Below, piece after piece: positions 1-14,157 of a DNA stretch of 64,000 nt. Every line of letters starts with the position of its first letter. Position 1 is the first letter of the stretch. A model generated the notes under the pieces. It made no database searches, was not told the DNA's origin, and worked only from the letters and a program-made list of their open reading frames with translations. The stretch comes from Candidatus Latescibacterota bacterium (GTDB lineage: Bacteria; Latescibacterota; UBA2968; UBA8231). The translations under genes were made by a program, and so were the position numbers. Location of the stretch: positions 1,088,001-1,152,000 of the forward strand of contig OZ252098.1 in NCBI GenBank assembly GCA_965248355.1, read 5' to 3'.

Positions 1-26
1 GAGCCGGGAAGACCGGAATACCACTC

Positions 27-1037
27 TCATTTCTCTCCCTTCGAGGAGGCGCTCGTCGGAGGGCCGGGGTTGCCGAGGGCGAGCCGTTCGAGGAGGAACA
101 ATCCCCACTTCCTCCGGTTCACATGGTAAGGCAAGGCGGCCAGGGCTTCCAGCGGCAGCTCGGCCCGGCGGAGCCGGGCCCCCAGTTGCGCGCTCGGGGG
201 AGCCAGCATGGCCACCACTCCTCCGGGAGCGACCACCCGGGCCGACTCCGCCACCTGGTCCTCCATGTCATTCGCCTCGGTCCGGGGGACCACCAGGGCC
301 GCCGCCACCGTCTCGTCCGCCAGCGGCAGCCGCCGGCCGTCCGCCCGCAGGGCCAGTCCGGCGCCGCCGTTGCGGCCGACCCATATGCTCCCGCTTCCCG
401 TATGGGGGATGGCCACGATGAGATGCTCTTCCTCCAGGTCGAGCAGACGGGCGACCGAGCTGGCAGCCGGACCCCGCCAACCCTCCCGGAGAGGGTTTCC
501 CCCGGGCCGGGGCGGGCCGAGCTGCACGGAGACCAGGGCGCGCCGGCGCCGTACCTGGAGGTTCAATCGCAAGGGGGGACCCTCGGCGCCACCGGGGCGC
601 AGCCCGAACTCGGAGCTCAGCAGGGCTTCCGCCCCGGCGCGCACCTGGCCGACTCCGAAGCGGTGATGCCCGTGGAGGGTGACGGTCAGCTGGAACCGAT
701 GCTCGTCAATCCCCCGGTCGCAGGCCCGGGCGAGGCGCTGCACGCTCTCCATGGGCAACCGGCGCACGCATCTCATGATCCGTTCCAGGCCGGGGCTTCC
801 GACGGTCACGTCGTGAGCCTGGCCCGCGATCGCCTGCAGCCCCGTGGGGCACCGCAGTTCGAGAAGCCGCCGGGGGCTGACCCGATAGCGGAAGAACACC
901 TGCCCCACGTGGCCCCGTTCCAGCCGCAGGCCTTCGGCCGCGGAACCGAGCCGGAGCCGCACCTCGTCGGCGGCGACCTCTTCGAGTCCGCCGATGCAGG
1001 TGATCACGAAGTCGGTCAGGCTCGAGGGCGCGGACAC
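27..1037 (-). CDS. THUMP-domain RNA methyltransferase-like protein (Trm14/RlmL-like), catalytic motifs degenerate
   Basis: N-terminus FVITCIGGLEEVAADEV resembles the RlmL/Trm14 start; THUMP-like middle; C-terminal ADGRRLPLADETV...RVVAPGG resembles a Rossmann MTase, but DPxCGxG reads IPHTGSG and NPPY is absent. Confidence 0.6.
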   Translation of the reverse strand: MSAPSSLTDFVITCIGGLEEVAADEVRLRLGSAAEGLRLERGHVGQVFFRYRVSPRRLLELRCPTGLQAIAGQAHDVTVGSPGLERIMRCVRRLPMESVQRLARACDRGIDEHRFQLTVTLHGHHRFGVGQVRAGAEALLSSEFGLRPGGAEGPPLRLNLQVRRRRALVSVQLGPPRPGGNPLREGWRGPAASSVARLLDLEEEHLIVAIPHTGSGSIWVGRNGGAGLALRADGRRLPLADETVAAALVVPRTEANDMEDQVAESARVVAPGGVVAMLAPPSAQLGARLRRAELPLEALAALPYHVNRRKWGLFLLERLALGNPGPPTSASSKGEK

Positions 1038-1042
1038 GGGAG

Positions 1043-2317
1043 TCAGTCCGTGGGCAGGACCGTGGCGGTGGCCAACGCGTCAACCGACAGGCAGTCGGAA
1101 GCGCAGGCCTGGACCGTCGCCGCGTCCAGGGCGTCGCCGAGGTGGAGATCGACGAGCTCGAAGGGATGGCAGCCGCGGCGAACGGCGCACTCCACGAACT
1201 CGGCGCAATCCTCCACGTCCTCCCATCGGCAGACCATTTCGCCGAAGACCCGGCGGAGAGCCCGGTCGAACCCCGCCTCGATCCGGCCTTCCCGCAGCCC
1301 GGTCTCGAGCTCCTCGAGGACGGCCGCACGAAGGGCCTCGGGGCGGTCCGTGTCACCTCCGAGCAGACAGAAGCCGTAGAGCCCGTCCAGGTGGACCTCG
1401 CCGCCAAACGTCTCTCCGTCGATCAGCCCGGACTCGTAGTTGCGCTCGAAGAAGCCGCTCGAGGCGCCGAAGAGGATGTCGAGGGCCAGCTCCAGGCTCA
1501 GCTCGCGCCGCAGTAGGTTCCGGCCCCGGGCCGGAACCGGATCGGGAAAGAGAAGCAGCCGGCGGGCCTTCGGAACGGCCCTTCGAACCTCGAGGTCGCT
1601 CGGCCGGGCCAGGATTCTCGGCCCGCGGTCCGAGAAACCAGGGGAGGCCGGCCACTCCCCCATCAGCTCGACCCCTCGGTGGCAGACGGCCGCCCCGTCC
1701 ACGGGGCCACAGACGATGAGCTTCAGCGACCCGCTGTGATAGTACTGCTGGTGGCAGCGTTCCAGGATCCCGGCGTCGATCCGGTCCAGACTCTCCGGCG
1801 TGCCGGCGATGTCGACGGCGATCCGCTGTGCTCCGTACAAGGCCCGCAGGGCGGTCTGGAAGGCCACCCACTCGACGCTGTCATCGAAGAGCTGAATCTC
1901 CCGGACGATGATCGACCGCTCCCGGCGGATGCCTTCCTCCGGGAAGTAGCCCCGCCCCGCAAGCTCGAACAGCAACGGCAGGCCATCGTCGAAACCGTTG
2001 GCGCCGGCGGTGAAGGAGAAGGAAGTACCGGTCAGTCCGGTCTGGGCGTCGACTTCGGCCCCCAGCCAGGTGAACCGCTCGGCGATGTCGCCCTCGGGTT
2101 TCTCGAAGAGACGGTGCTCGAGGAAATGCGCCGTGCCTTCGGGCAGAGGGACGGCGGACCCTCCCGCAGATGCGCCGTCGATGGAACCGAAGTCGACAAG
2201 GAGGACGGCGTGACAGCGCTGGCCGGCGCTGGGCACGACCCACACCCTGCCCCCGCCGGGGGCCTCGGCGGTCCAGACTTCCTCCTGCAGCAGGGGATGG
2301 GCTCGTCGGTTCAGCAC
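1043..2317 (-). CDS. M16 family zinc peptidase, catalytic subunit (YmfH-like)
   Basis: PEGTAHFLEHRLFE (inverted HxxEH zinc motif) and downstream RERSIIVREI; GTG start at 2317 overlaps the upstream stop. Confidence 0.85.
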   Translation of the reverse strand: MLNRRAHPLLQEEVWTAEAPGGGRVWVVPSAGQRCHAVLLVDFGSIDGASAGGSAVPLPEGTAHFLEHRLFEKPEGDIAERFTWLGAEVDAQTGLTGTSFSFTAGANGFDDGLPLLFELAGRGYFPEEGIRRERSIIVREIQLFDDSVEWVAFQTALRALYGAQRIAVDIAGTPESLDRIDAGILERCHQQYYHSGSLKLIVCGPVDGAAVCHRGVELMGEWPASPGFSDRGPRILARPSDLEVRRAVPKARRLLLFPDPVPARGRNLLRRELSLELALDILFGASSGFFERNYESGLIDGETFGGEVHLDGLYGFCLLGGDTDRPEALRAAVLEELETGLREGRIEAGFDRALRRVFGEMVCRWEDVEDCAEFVECAVRRGCHPFELVDLHLGDALDAATVQACASDCLSVDALATATVLPTD

Positions 2318-3603
2318 GGCGCCAGGAAGTAGTCGGTGTCCAGCTCCAAGCGTTCCGCCTCGGCGCGGACGGCCGAGGCGTTCACCTCGGCCAGAGCCTG
2401 GCGCAGGCGACGACGCGAGGTGTCGGCTCGGGCCAGTCGTCGATAGTAGTCGAAACGGACCAGGCGGTGGCGGGCGTCGTCGAAGCCGTCGAGTCGCTGC
2501 AGGGCGAGGGCGCGCGAACGCTCGAGCTCCTCCTCGCCCGGACCGGCCTCGGCGAGTTCCTGCAACTGGGCCCGGACCACGCTCGCCACCGCCTCCCGGT
2601 CGCCGGCCTCGACCCCGGCTTCCACGAACAGCATGCCCGCCATGGGCTCCCCGTAGGAGGTGATGTGATAGCACATGCCGGACTCTTCCCGGACAAGGCG
2701 GGAGAGCCGGGACTGCTGCTCGGCGCCGAAGATCAGGTCGAGGAGAACGAGGGCCGGGTAGCGGGCGCGTTCGGCGCCGCCCAGGGTCACATCGGTGCGG
2801 TACCCGACCATCATTCGTCCCTGGGCCACCCGGTCCCTCTCCGTCACCCTCTTCACGCCCTCCCTCGCCCCGTGGGCCGGCGGGTGAGGTGTCTCCTCGA
2901 CCGAGGCTCGGGGCCAGCCCAGGGCCGTCTCCGCCAGGACGGCCACGCGGTCCACGTCGACATCGCCGCAGAGGTAGAGATCGAGAACCGCCGAGGACGT
3001 GAGCCCCTGCAGCTCGGCCAGCAGGCCTGCGCCGCTCTGGCCGTCCAGCTCCCCGGGGTCGCCGTGCGACGCCAGCCCGTAGGCCTCACCCTCGCACATG
3101 ACCTCCAGGCAACGCTTCTGCGCCAGGAGGGTCCGATCGGCGTAGAGGCCCTGGACGCTGCGGCGCAGGGACTCCTTCTCCTGTTCAACCCAGGCCGGTG
3201 GAAAGGCTCCCTCCTCCAGGTGAGGCTCCCGGAGGACCTGTCCGAGCAGCTCGAGGCCGGGGGCCAGCAGGTCGGGATGGCCGGGCAGGTAGGCGCCGTC
3301 TACGGCCTCGTAGTGCAGGTGGAGGACCTGGAAGGGCCCCATCGCTCCGGTCTGCGAGGAGAAGGCGGCCCCGTAGAGATCCTCCGTGTACCGGTTCAGC
3401 GCGCCGATCCCGGGCAGGCGCGCGGTACCCCGTTCCAGCAGCCGCCCGAGAAGGGCCATCCGCGTCGCCGCCACAGGCCGCAGGAGACGAGGAAGGAACA
3501 GGTCGATCCACACCGACTTGAAGCGCCGGGAGCGGCGCACGTGCAGGCGCAGCCCGGGACGCAGGAGAAGGCTGTCGAAGTCCGAGTCGCGCTCCAGGGG
3601 CAC
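2311..3603 (-). CDS. M16 family peptidase, non-catalytic subunit (YmfF-like)
   Basis: RFKS...LLERGT...LYGA and SRLSRLVREESGMCY motifs; no HxxEH; paired with the catalytic M16 gene; GTG start at 3603 is estimated. Confidence 0.8.
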   Translation of the reverse strand: MPLERDSDFDSLLLRPGLRLHVRRSRRFKSVWIDLFLPRLLRPVAATRMALLGRLLERGTARLPGIGALNRYTEDLYGAAFSSQTGAMGPFQVLHLHYEAVDGAYLPGHPDLLAPGLELLGQVLREPHLEEGAFPPAWVEQEKESLRRSVQGLYADRTLLAQKRCLEVMCEGEAYGLASHGDPGELDGQSGAGLLAELQGLTSSAVLDLYLCGDVDVDRVAVLAETALGWPRASVEETPHPPAHGAREGVKRVTERDRVAQGRMMVGYRTDVTLGGAERARYPALVLLDLIFGAEQQSRLSRLVREESGMCYHITSYGEPMAGMLFVEAGVEAGDREAVASVVRAQLQELAEAGPGEEELERSRALALQRLDGFDDARHRLVRFDYYRRLARADTSRRRLRQALAEVNASAVRAEAERLELDTDYFLAPC

Positions 3604-3801
3604 GGCGAGATGGGGGCTTGAAGTGGGGGTCCGACTCGTCTCTGGGGCAGGGGACGATAATCGGCGAACCCTGACGCCGGGGCAAAGGGGGCCGCCCACC
3701 GGCCCTGACCGGGGCTTGATCGGCAACAGGCTGAAGGCGATGATGATGCCCTCCCTCTTGCGTCGGAGCTTCCCCATGGACCCGCACAGAGTGATATCTC
3801 G

Positions 3802-4551
3802 ATGAGCGGCCCACTCGACCAGGTCTCCATCGTGCTGGTGGAGCCGGCGGTCCCCGGAAACATCGGTTCCGTGGCGCGGGTCATGCGCAACACCGGGGTG
3901 AGCCGCCTCGTCCTCGTCGGCCCCGGCGAATGGCGCACGCCGGAATGCGAATGGATGGCCCACGGATCGAAGGAGGTCCTGGATGAAGCTCGCGTGGTGG
4001 AAGACCTGGAAGAGGCGGTCAGGGACTGCCAGGTCGTGCTCGGGACCACCCACCGGGTGGGAAGGTTCCGGGTCGTCGAAGACGACTACCGCGCAGCCCT
4101 CGCCGAGACCGCGGCCGAGGCCTCCGACGGCCGGCGCATCGCCATCCTCTTCGGCCGCGAGAAGGACGGCCTGTCCCGTGCGGAACTGCTGCGCTGCCAG
4201 CGCCTGATCCGCATTCCCTCAGCGGTCGATCATCCTTCATTGAATCTGTCCCACGCCGTGCTTCTGGTCGCCTACGAGTTGTTCCGGCGGCTCGGAGAGC
4301 CCCGGCAACGGCCGGCGGCGGCGGCGTTGGCCACGGCCTCTCAGATCGACCGGCTCGTGGCTCACCTGCTCGAGGCGATGGCCAGCATCGGGTTCCGACC
4401 CCGCAACGACGACCCGGCGAACTTCGAGCGCGTCCTCCGGCGGTTCCTGGGACGGGCACCCCTGGAACGCCGGGACGCCGCCGTGCTGCACCGCGTGGCA
4501 GGACAGATCGGCAAATTCGCGCGCCGGGTCGGCCGGGTTCCGGGAGAGGGT

Positions 4552-4560
<9 letters not shown>
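3802..4560 (+). CDS. trmJ: SPOUT RNA methyltransferase, TrmJ/LasT (TrmH family)
   Basis: IVLVEPAVPGNIGSVARVMRNTG, ILFGREKDGL and PSLNLSHAV motifs. Confidence 0.88.
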
Positions 4561-8799
<4,239 letters not shown>

Positions 8800-8813
<14 letters not shown>

Positions 8814-9939
8814 GCTCGCTCCCCCTCGGGCGGTCCGTCCGGCGGGGACGCTTCCGGCGCACCCGTGACGGCACGAAGGGCAGGGAGATGACCTCGGCGG
8901 CCGCCACCCTCCCCCGGATCACCACCTCCAGCCTCCTGCCGACATCGTCATGCCCGCAGGCTACGTAGCCCATGGCGATCCCTCGCCTCAGAACGGGCGA
9001 ATGGGTGCCGCTGGTCACGAGTCCGACGTCGGCGCCGTCGTCGCGGAGCACCTGCCCGGGTCTGGGGATGCCCCGGTCCAGCAGCCGGAGGCCGATCAGC
9101 CGGCGGGGGACGCCGGTCTCGCGTTGTCGCCGCAGCGGATCCCGTCCCGGGAAATCACGTGGCTTGTCCAGGGCGAGGGTCCATTCCAGGCCCGCCTCCA
9201 GAGGGCTCGTGCTCTCGGTCAACTCGTTGCCGTAGAGACAGAAGCCGGCTTCCAGGCGCAGCGAGTCCCGAGCCGCCAGGCCCACGGGCTCGGCGCCGGC
9301 CTCCAGCAGTCGGGACCAGAGTTCCGGACCGTCGCCGGCCGGACAGATGATCTCGAACCCGTCCTCGCCGGTGTAGCCGCTGCGGCTGACCAACCACTCG
9401 CCCGATCCGCCTTCGGTCATGGAGAAGCGGAAGAACCCGAGCCGGCTGCATGAGCGGCCGATCACGGAGGTCACCAGCGCTTCCGCTTCCGGCCCCTGGA
9501 CGGAGATCATCGCCTGCCTCCCGGTATGGTCCTCCACCCGGGGAGAATCGGACGGGCGTCGTTCCAGGATCCGCGCGAGGTCGCGCTCGGTGCGCGCCGC
9601 ATTGACGACGAGCAGGAATTCCTCCTCGCCGAGGCGGTACAGGGCGAGATCGTCGATCGTCCCGCCCTCGTCGTTGCACAGCACGGTGTAGGCCATGCGG
9701 CCGGGAGCCAGCCGTTCCACGCCGCAGGGCAGCAGGCCGTCGAGGAACTCGGAGGCGCCCGCGCCGGAGATGAACAACCGGCCCATGTGGCTCACGTCGA
9801 AGAGGCCGGCCCCCGTCCGGGTCCGCAGGTGCTCCTCCTGGATCCCCCGGTACTGAACCGGCATCTCCCAGCCCGCGAAGTCGACCAATCGGGCTCCGGC
9901 GTCGCGATGTCGATCCCACAGGGGAGTCCGGCGACTCAA
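8800..9939 (-). CDS. gcvT: Glycine cleavage system aminomethyltransferase T
   Basis: RTPL...FAGWEMPVQY, GLFDVSHMG, SRSGYTGEDGFEI, GLAARDSLRLEAG; TTG start overlaps the coaE stop. Confidence 0.95.
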
Positions 9940-10541
9940 GCTTCCCTCCCCGAGTGCATCCGCTGCAGACCTTGCCAGACCCGGGCCGCCTGGGTGCGCA
10001 GAACCTGGAGATCCCCGTCGTTGTGGACCTCGAAGTCGACGGCTCCCTCCGGAGCGGTGGCCTGCTGGACGGACCGGCGTTGCCGGACCTCTGCGGGACG
10101 GATGCCGCGGTCCCGGGACACTCGTGCGGCGGCGATCCCTGACCGGGTCTTCACCAGGATGACGGCATCGAAGCGGTCCTGCAGGCCCCACTCGAAGACC
10201 AGGGGGGCGTCGAGCAGGACGATGCCGCCGTCGGCTTCTGCCGCCCGCAAGGCCCGCCAGATGCGGGGCTCCAGCTCCGGTCTCACGATCCCCTCGAGCC
10301 GCCGCCGGCCCTGCTCGTCGGCCAGGGCGCGCCGGGCGAGACCTCGGCGATCCAGCCCGCCTTCGCCATCGAGCAGGTCCCGTCCGAAGGCATCGGCCAG
10401 GCGGTCCCGGAGGCCGGCGCTCTCCTCGACGACCTGCCGGGCCAGAAGGTCGGCATCGACCCGGCGAGCTCCGAGACTCTCGAGCATCCCGGCCAGCGTC
10501 GTCTTGCCGGCGCCCATGTTTCCGGTGACCGCCACCAGCAT
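9936..10541 (-). CDS. coaE: Dephospho-CoA kinase
   Basis: VAVTGNMGAGKTT P-loop; VDADLLAR, LDRRGLA and DAPLVFE motifs. Confidence 0.9.
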   Translation of the reverse strand: MLVAVTGNMGAGKTTLAGMLESLGARRVDADLLARQVVEESAGLRDRLADAFGRDLLDGEGGLDRRGLARRALADEQGRRRLEGIVRPELEPRIWRALRAAEADGGIVLLDAPLVFEWGLQDRFDAVILVKTRSGIAAARVSRDRGIRPAEVRQRRSVQQATAPEGAVDFEVHNDGDLQVLRTQAARVWQGLQRMHSGREA

Positions 10542-10632
10542 CTCAGACCCGCCGGGTCGAAGCGCCGCCGGGGGAACGGGGCGCCATCCAGGCATGGGAC
10601 CCGCGAGCAGGTTCGGCGCCTGGCCGCAGGCC

Positions 10633-11487
10633 TCACCTTCCCTTGAGGTAGCGGAAGAAGTCGGTGTCGGCGGGCTGCACGAGGACCGTGTTCTCCTTCA
10701 GCGACTTCTCATAGGCCTCGAGAGTCCGGGTGAACTCATAGAACCCGGAGGCGTTGCGATAGGCCGCCGCGTAGATCCCCAGGGCCTCGGCGTCGCCTTG
10801 GCCCCGGATCCCCTGAGCCTGCTCATAGGCGAGGGCGGCGATGGTGGCCGCCTCGAGATCGGTCTCGGCGCGGATCTTCAGTGCCTCTTCCTCTCCCTCG
10901 GAGCGGTAGGTCTTGGCCTCCCGGGCGCGTTCGGCCCGCATCCGGTTGTACACCGCCTGCTCGTTCTCCGGGGGCAGATCCGCCCGCTTGATGCGCACGC
11001 CCACTATCTCGATCCCGTAGACCTGGGCGGCCAGATTGGCGCGCACCGTAACGGAGTCCATGATGGCCTCACGGTTGGTGGCCACCACCTCCGCCAACTC
11101 GTGCTGGCCGAGCTCCTTGCGCAGCTCCGAGTAGATGATGTCGTCGAGCCGGGCCAGCGCTTCCTCGACGGTTCGCAGAGCCTGCATGAAGGTCAGGGCG
11201 TTGACGATCCGCCAGCGGGCGTAGTTGTCGATGATGAGGGTCTTCTTGTCCTTCGTGTAGATGGGGTCCGGGTTCGAGTCGTAGTCGAGGAGTCGGCGGT
11301 CGAAGAAGGTCGTCTTCTGGATGGGGTCGGGCAGCTTGAGATACAGCCCCGGCTCGGTATGCACCTCCTTGGGCTCACCGAATTGAGTGACCACGACCTG
11401 CTCGACTTCGGTCACCGTGTACAGCACGAGGTTGGCAGCGAACAGGACCAACACGAGGAGGACGACGCCGCCGATGGCGTTGCGCAT
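10633..11487 (-). CDS. hflC: FtsH modulator HflC (SPFH domain)
   Basis: N-terminal TM; TKDKKTLIIDNYARWRI, VRIKRADLP, VYNRMRAER and FYEFTRTLEAY motifs. Confidence 0.93.
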   Translation of the reverse strand: MRNAIGGVVLLVLVLFAANLVLYTVTEVEQVVVTQFGEPKEVHTEPGLYLKLPDPIQKTTFFDRRLLDYDSNPDPIYTKDKKTLIIDNYARWRIVNALTFMQALRTVEEALARLDDIIYSELRKELGQHELAEVVATNREAIMDSVTVRANLAAQVYGIEIVGVRIKRADLPPENEQAVYNRMRAERAREAKTYRSEGEEEALKIRAETDLEAATIAALAYEQAQGIRGQGDAEALGIYAAAYRNASGFYEFTRTLEAYEKSLKENTVLVQPADTDFFRYLKGR

Positions 11488-11500
11488 GGTCGCTCTCTCC

Positions 11501-12499
11501 CTATTGCGAGCGCGCCGGCAGCAGGCGCTCGAGGTTGATGAGGTTGAGGACGCCCTTTCCTTCGGCGTCGATGATGTATTTCTGCAGCCCGGGCAGGATC
11601 CGCTCCATGGTCTCGATGTAAAGCCGCTTCTCGGTCACCTTGGGGGCCTTGACGTACTCGGCGTAGACAGCGCCGAAGCGGTCGGCGTCACCCTGGGAGC
11701 GTCGCACGCGCTCGACGGAGTAGGCCTCGGCCTCCTTGATCACGCGCTCGGCATCGCCGCGAGCCTTGGGGATGAGGTCGTTCTGGTAGCCCCTGGCTTC
11801 GTTCACGAGGCGTTCCCGGTCCTCCTTGGCGCTGGCCACGTCCTTGAAGGCCGCGTCCACCTGCTCCGGGGGAGCGACCGACTGCAGCTGCACGGACTCG
11901 ACGGTGAGCCCGCAGCGATAGGCCTGGAACAATTTCTGCAGGCGTTCCTTGATCGCTATCTGCACCTCGAGCTTGCCCTCCGTGAGAACCTCGTCGATGC
12001 CGCGGCGGCCCACCACCTGCCGCAGGGCCGCCTCGCAGGCGTCGTGCACGAGACCTTCGCCTCCCCCCTCGAAGGCGCCCAGGCCCTTCACCTGGAACAG
12101 GGCATCGATGACGCTGCTCACCTTGTACTGCACGACGAGCTCGACGTTGACGATGTTCAGATCGCCGGTGAGCATGAGCGACTCGTTCGGACGCCGGCGA
12201 TAGCGCGCCGGCGGACCCGGATCGATGGTGCGGAAGCCGATCTCCTCGCGGTACACGCGCGTCACCGAGCGAGTGATGTGCATCTCGATGGGCGAGGGCA
12301 GGCGGTAGTGCAGGCCAGGGTCGACGACCCCCTGCACCTTGCCGAAGCGGAGAATGACCGCCTTCTCGTCCGGGTCGACGGTGTAGATCCCGCTGGCCAG
12401 CCACAGGACGGCGAGCACCCCGAGCACGAGGTACACCATGCGCGGATTGAAGCGCAGGTTCGACACGGGACTCTTGGGAAAATCGAACTGTTGAGGCAT
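11501..12499 (-). CDS. hflK: FtsH modulator HflK (SPFH domain)
   Basis: ESLMLTGDLNIV, PPEQVDAAFKDV, AP(K)VTEKRLYIETME; adjacent to hflC. Confidence 0.93.
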   Translation of the reverse strand: MPQQFDFPKSPVSNLRFNPRMVYLVLGVLAVLWLASGIYTVDPDEKAVILRFGKVQGVVDPGLHYRLPSPIEMHITRSVTRVYREEIGFRTIDPGPPARYRRRPNESLMLTGDLNIVNVELVVQYKVSSVIDALFQVKGLGAFEGGGEGLVHDACEAALRQVVGRRGIDEVLTEGKLEVQIAIKERLQKLFQAYRCGLTVESVQLQSVAPPEQVDAAFKDVASAKEDRERLVNEARGYQNDLIPKARGDAERVIKEAEAYSVERVRRSQGDADRFGAVYAEYVKAPKVTEKRLYIETMERILPGLQKYIIDAEGKGVLNLINLERLLPARSQ

Positions 12500-12512
12500 G
12501 ATGTCCGTCCGT

Positions 12513-13490
12513 TCACGGGTCCTCCTCACCTGCGAGGAGGCCCAGGTCTTCAATGCCTGTCAAGGTGCAGTTGCGGGCCGCGGCGCGAGTCGCCCGGTCC
12601 AGGGCCTGCGGGACCGTCCCGCCGGTCAGCAGACCGGCCGCCATGGCGGCCAGGAACACGTCCCCGCACCCGGTGGGATCGACCGGGAGGGGCGGGACCA
12701 CCGGCTCTGCCGGCAGGCGCAGGTGGCGGAGCCCGCCTTGGGAGGTCCGCCAGGCGGAGAGCACCCCCTGCTCACCCAAGGTAATCACGGCAACCTTCGG
12801 CCCCAGGTCCAGCAGGGAGGCGGCCCACTCCTCCAGGTCCTCCGCCGGAGCCCCCAGGGTGCGGGCCTCCTCCTCGTTCATCTGCAGGACATCGGCCATC
12901 GACGCCCACAGAGGCCAGGAGGAGGGCGGCCGCAGGTGCCGGCGGCCCTCCGAGTCCCTCGCCAGGGTCAGGCTGTGGACATCCATCAGGATCGGCCCGC
13001 TCATGGCCCGGCGAAGGCTCCGCAGGGTCTCCAGCTCGAGCTCGAACCCGGTGATGAAGTTGACCAGCAGGGCGTCCAGCGAGGAGATCCAGGGGTTCAG
13101 GTCGGCCAACCCGATTGGCGGAACCTCTCCGCGGAGCCGTTCGCTCTTGCGCCCGAACTGGTCGTAGCGAATCTCGCATTGGTACCCCGGTCCGTGGAGC
13201 CGCCGGACCCCTTCCAGGGAGATCTCCGGACAGGCCTCCAGGACGGCCCGTATCCGTGGATCGATGTTCTGCGGTGAACGGGCGAAGAGACGGGTCCGCA
13301 GCCGTCCCCGTCCCAGGTGCGCGAGGGCGCAGGCCGAAAACAGGATGCCCCCCAGGCTCTCGCTGCACCGACCGTCGGGATGGTGAATGGTGTCGAGGTT
13401 GATGCTGCCGATGACCCCTACCTCGGCGATCGAGGCCGCCGGCCGGGATCCGGGGGCCTCGCCCCCCCTGGCCGTCCCGGGATCATTCAT
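12513..13490 (-). CDS. PfkB/ribokinase family carbohydrate kinase
   Basis: GSINLD...LGG start, MNEEEA, VITLGEQG, and anion-hole motif VDPTGCGDVF. Confidence 0.85.
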   Translation of the reverse strand: MNDPGTARGGEAPGSRPAASIAEVGVIGSINLDTIHHPDGRCSESLGGILFSACALAHLGRGRLRTRLFARSPQNIDPRIRAVLEACPEISLEGVRRLHGPGYQCEIRYDQFGRKSERLRGEVPPIGLADLNPWISSLDALLVNFITGFELELETLRSLRRAMSGPILMDVHSLTLARDSEGRRHLRPPSSWPLWASMADVLQMNEEEARTLGAPAEDLEEWAASLLDLGPKVAVITLGEQGVLSAWRTSQGGLRHLRLPAEPVVPPLPVDPTGCGDVFLAAMAAGLLTGGTVPQALDRATRAAARNCTLTGIEDLGLLAGEEDP

Positions 13491-13498
13491 GATCCGCT

Positions 13499-13527
13499 TT
13501 GACGCTGAGAGGGAAGACCGCTATGCT
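13499..13527 (+). promoter_or_regulatory. Sigma70-type promoter for clpP, probably giving a leaderless mRNA
   Basis: TTGACG-N17-TATGCT, then 7 nt to the ATG at 13535; no Shine-Dalgarno sequence. Confidence 0.6.
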
Positions 13528-13534
13528 CCCTTTC

Positions 13535-14149
13535 ATGGCGATCGTACCAATTGTCATCGAGCAGACCGGCCGCGGCGAACGGGCTTACGACATTTTCTCG
13601 AGGCTGCTCAAGGAACGGATCATCTTCATCGGCTCCGTCATCGACGACGCCGAAGCCAACCTGATCATCGCCCAGTTGCTGTTCCTGGCCTCCGATGATC
13701 CCAAGAAGGACATCTCTCTCTACATCAACAGCCCCGGCGGCTTTCTCACCTCGGGCCTGGCGATCTACGACACCATTCAGCACATCCCCTGCGACGTGGC
13801 CACCCTCTGCGTGGGCCAGGCCTACAGCATGTCCGCCATCCTGCTAGCCGGCGGTACCAAGGGCAAACGGCACGCCCTGCCCCACTCACGGGTGATGCTC
13901 CATCAGCCCTGGGGAGGCGTGGGCGGACAGGCGGCCGACGTGGAGATCCACGCGCGGGAGATCATGGACTGGCGCCGGCGGCTCAACCAGATCCTCGTCG
14001 GCCACACGGGCAGGGACCGGGAGACGATCGACAAGGTCACGGACCGCAGCTACTTCCTGTCCCCCGGGGAGGCCCGGGACTTCGGGCTGATCGACGGAAT
14101 CTTCGAGTCCGCAGCCGACGCCGGCGCCGCCGAACTCGGCATTTCCTGA
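13535..14149 (+). CDS. clpP: ATP-dependent Clp protease proteolytic subunit, atypical catalytic triad
   Basis: [41 protein letters not shown] (Ser), MLHQP (His); the Asp position reads TDRSY. Confidence 0.93.
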   Translation: MAIVPIVIEQTGRGERAYDIFSRLLKERIIFIGSVIDDAEANLIIAQLLFLASDDPKKDISLYINSPGGFLTSGLAIYDTIQHIPCDVATLCVGQAYSMSAILLAGGTKGKRHALPHSRVMLHQPWGGVGGQAADVEIHAREIMDWRRRLNQILVGHTGRDRETIDKVTDRSYFLSPGEARDFGLIDGIFESAADAGAAELGIS

Positions 14150-14157
14150 GCTCTCCC

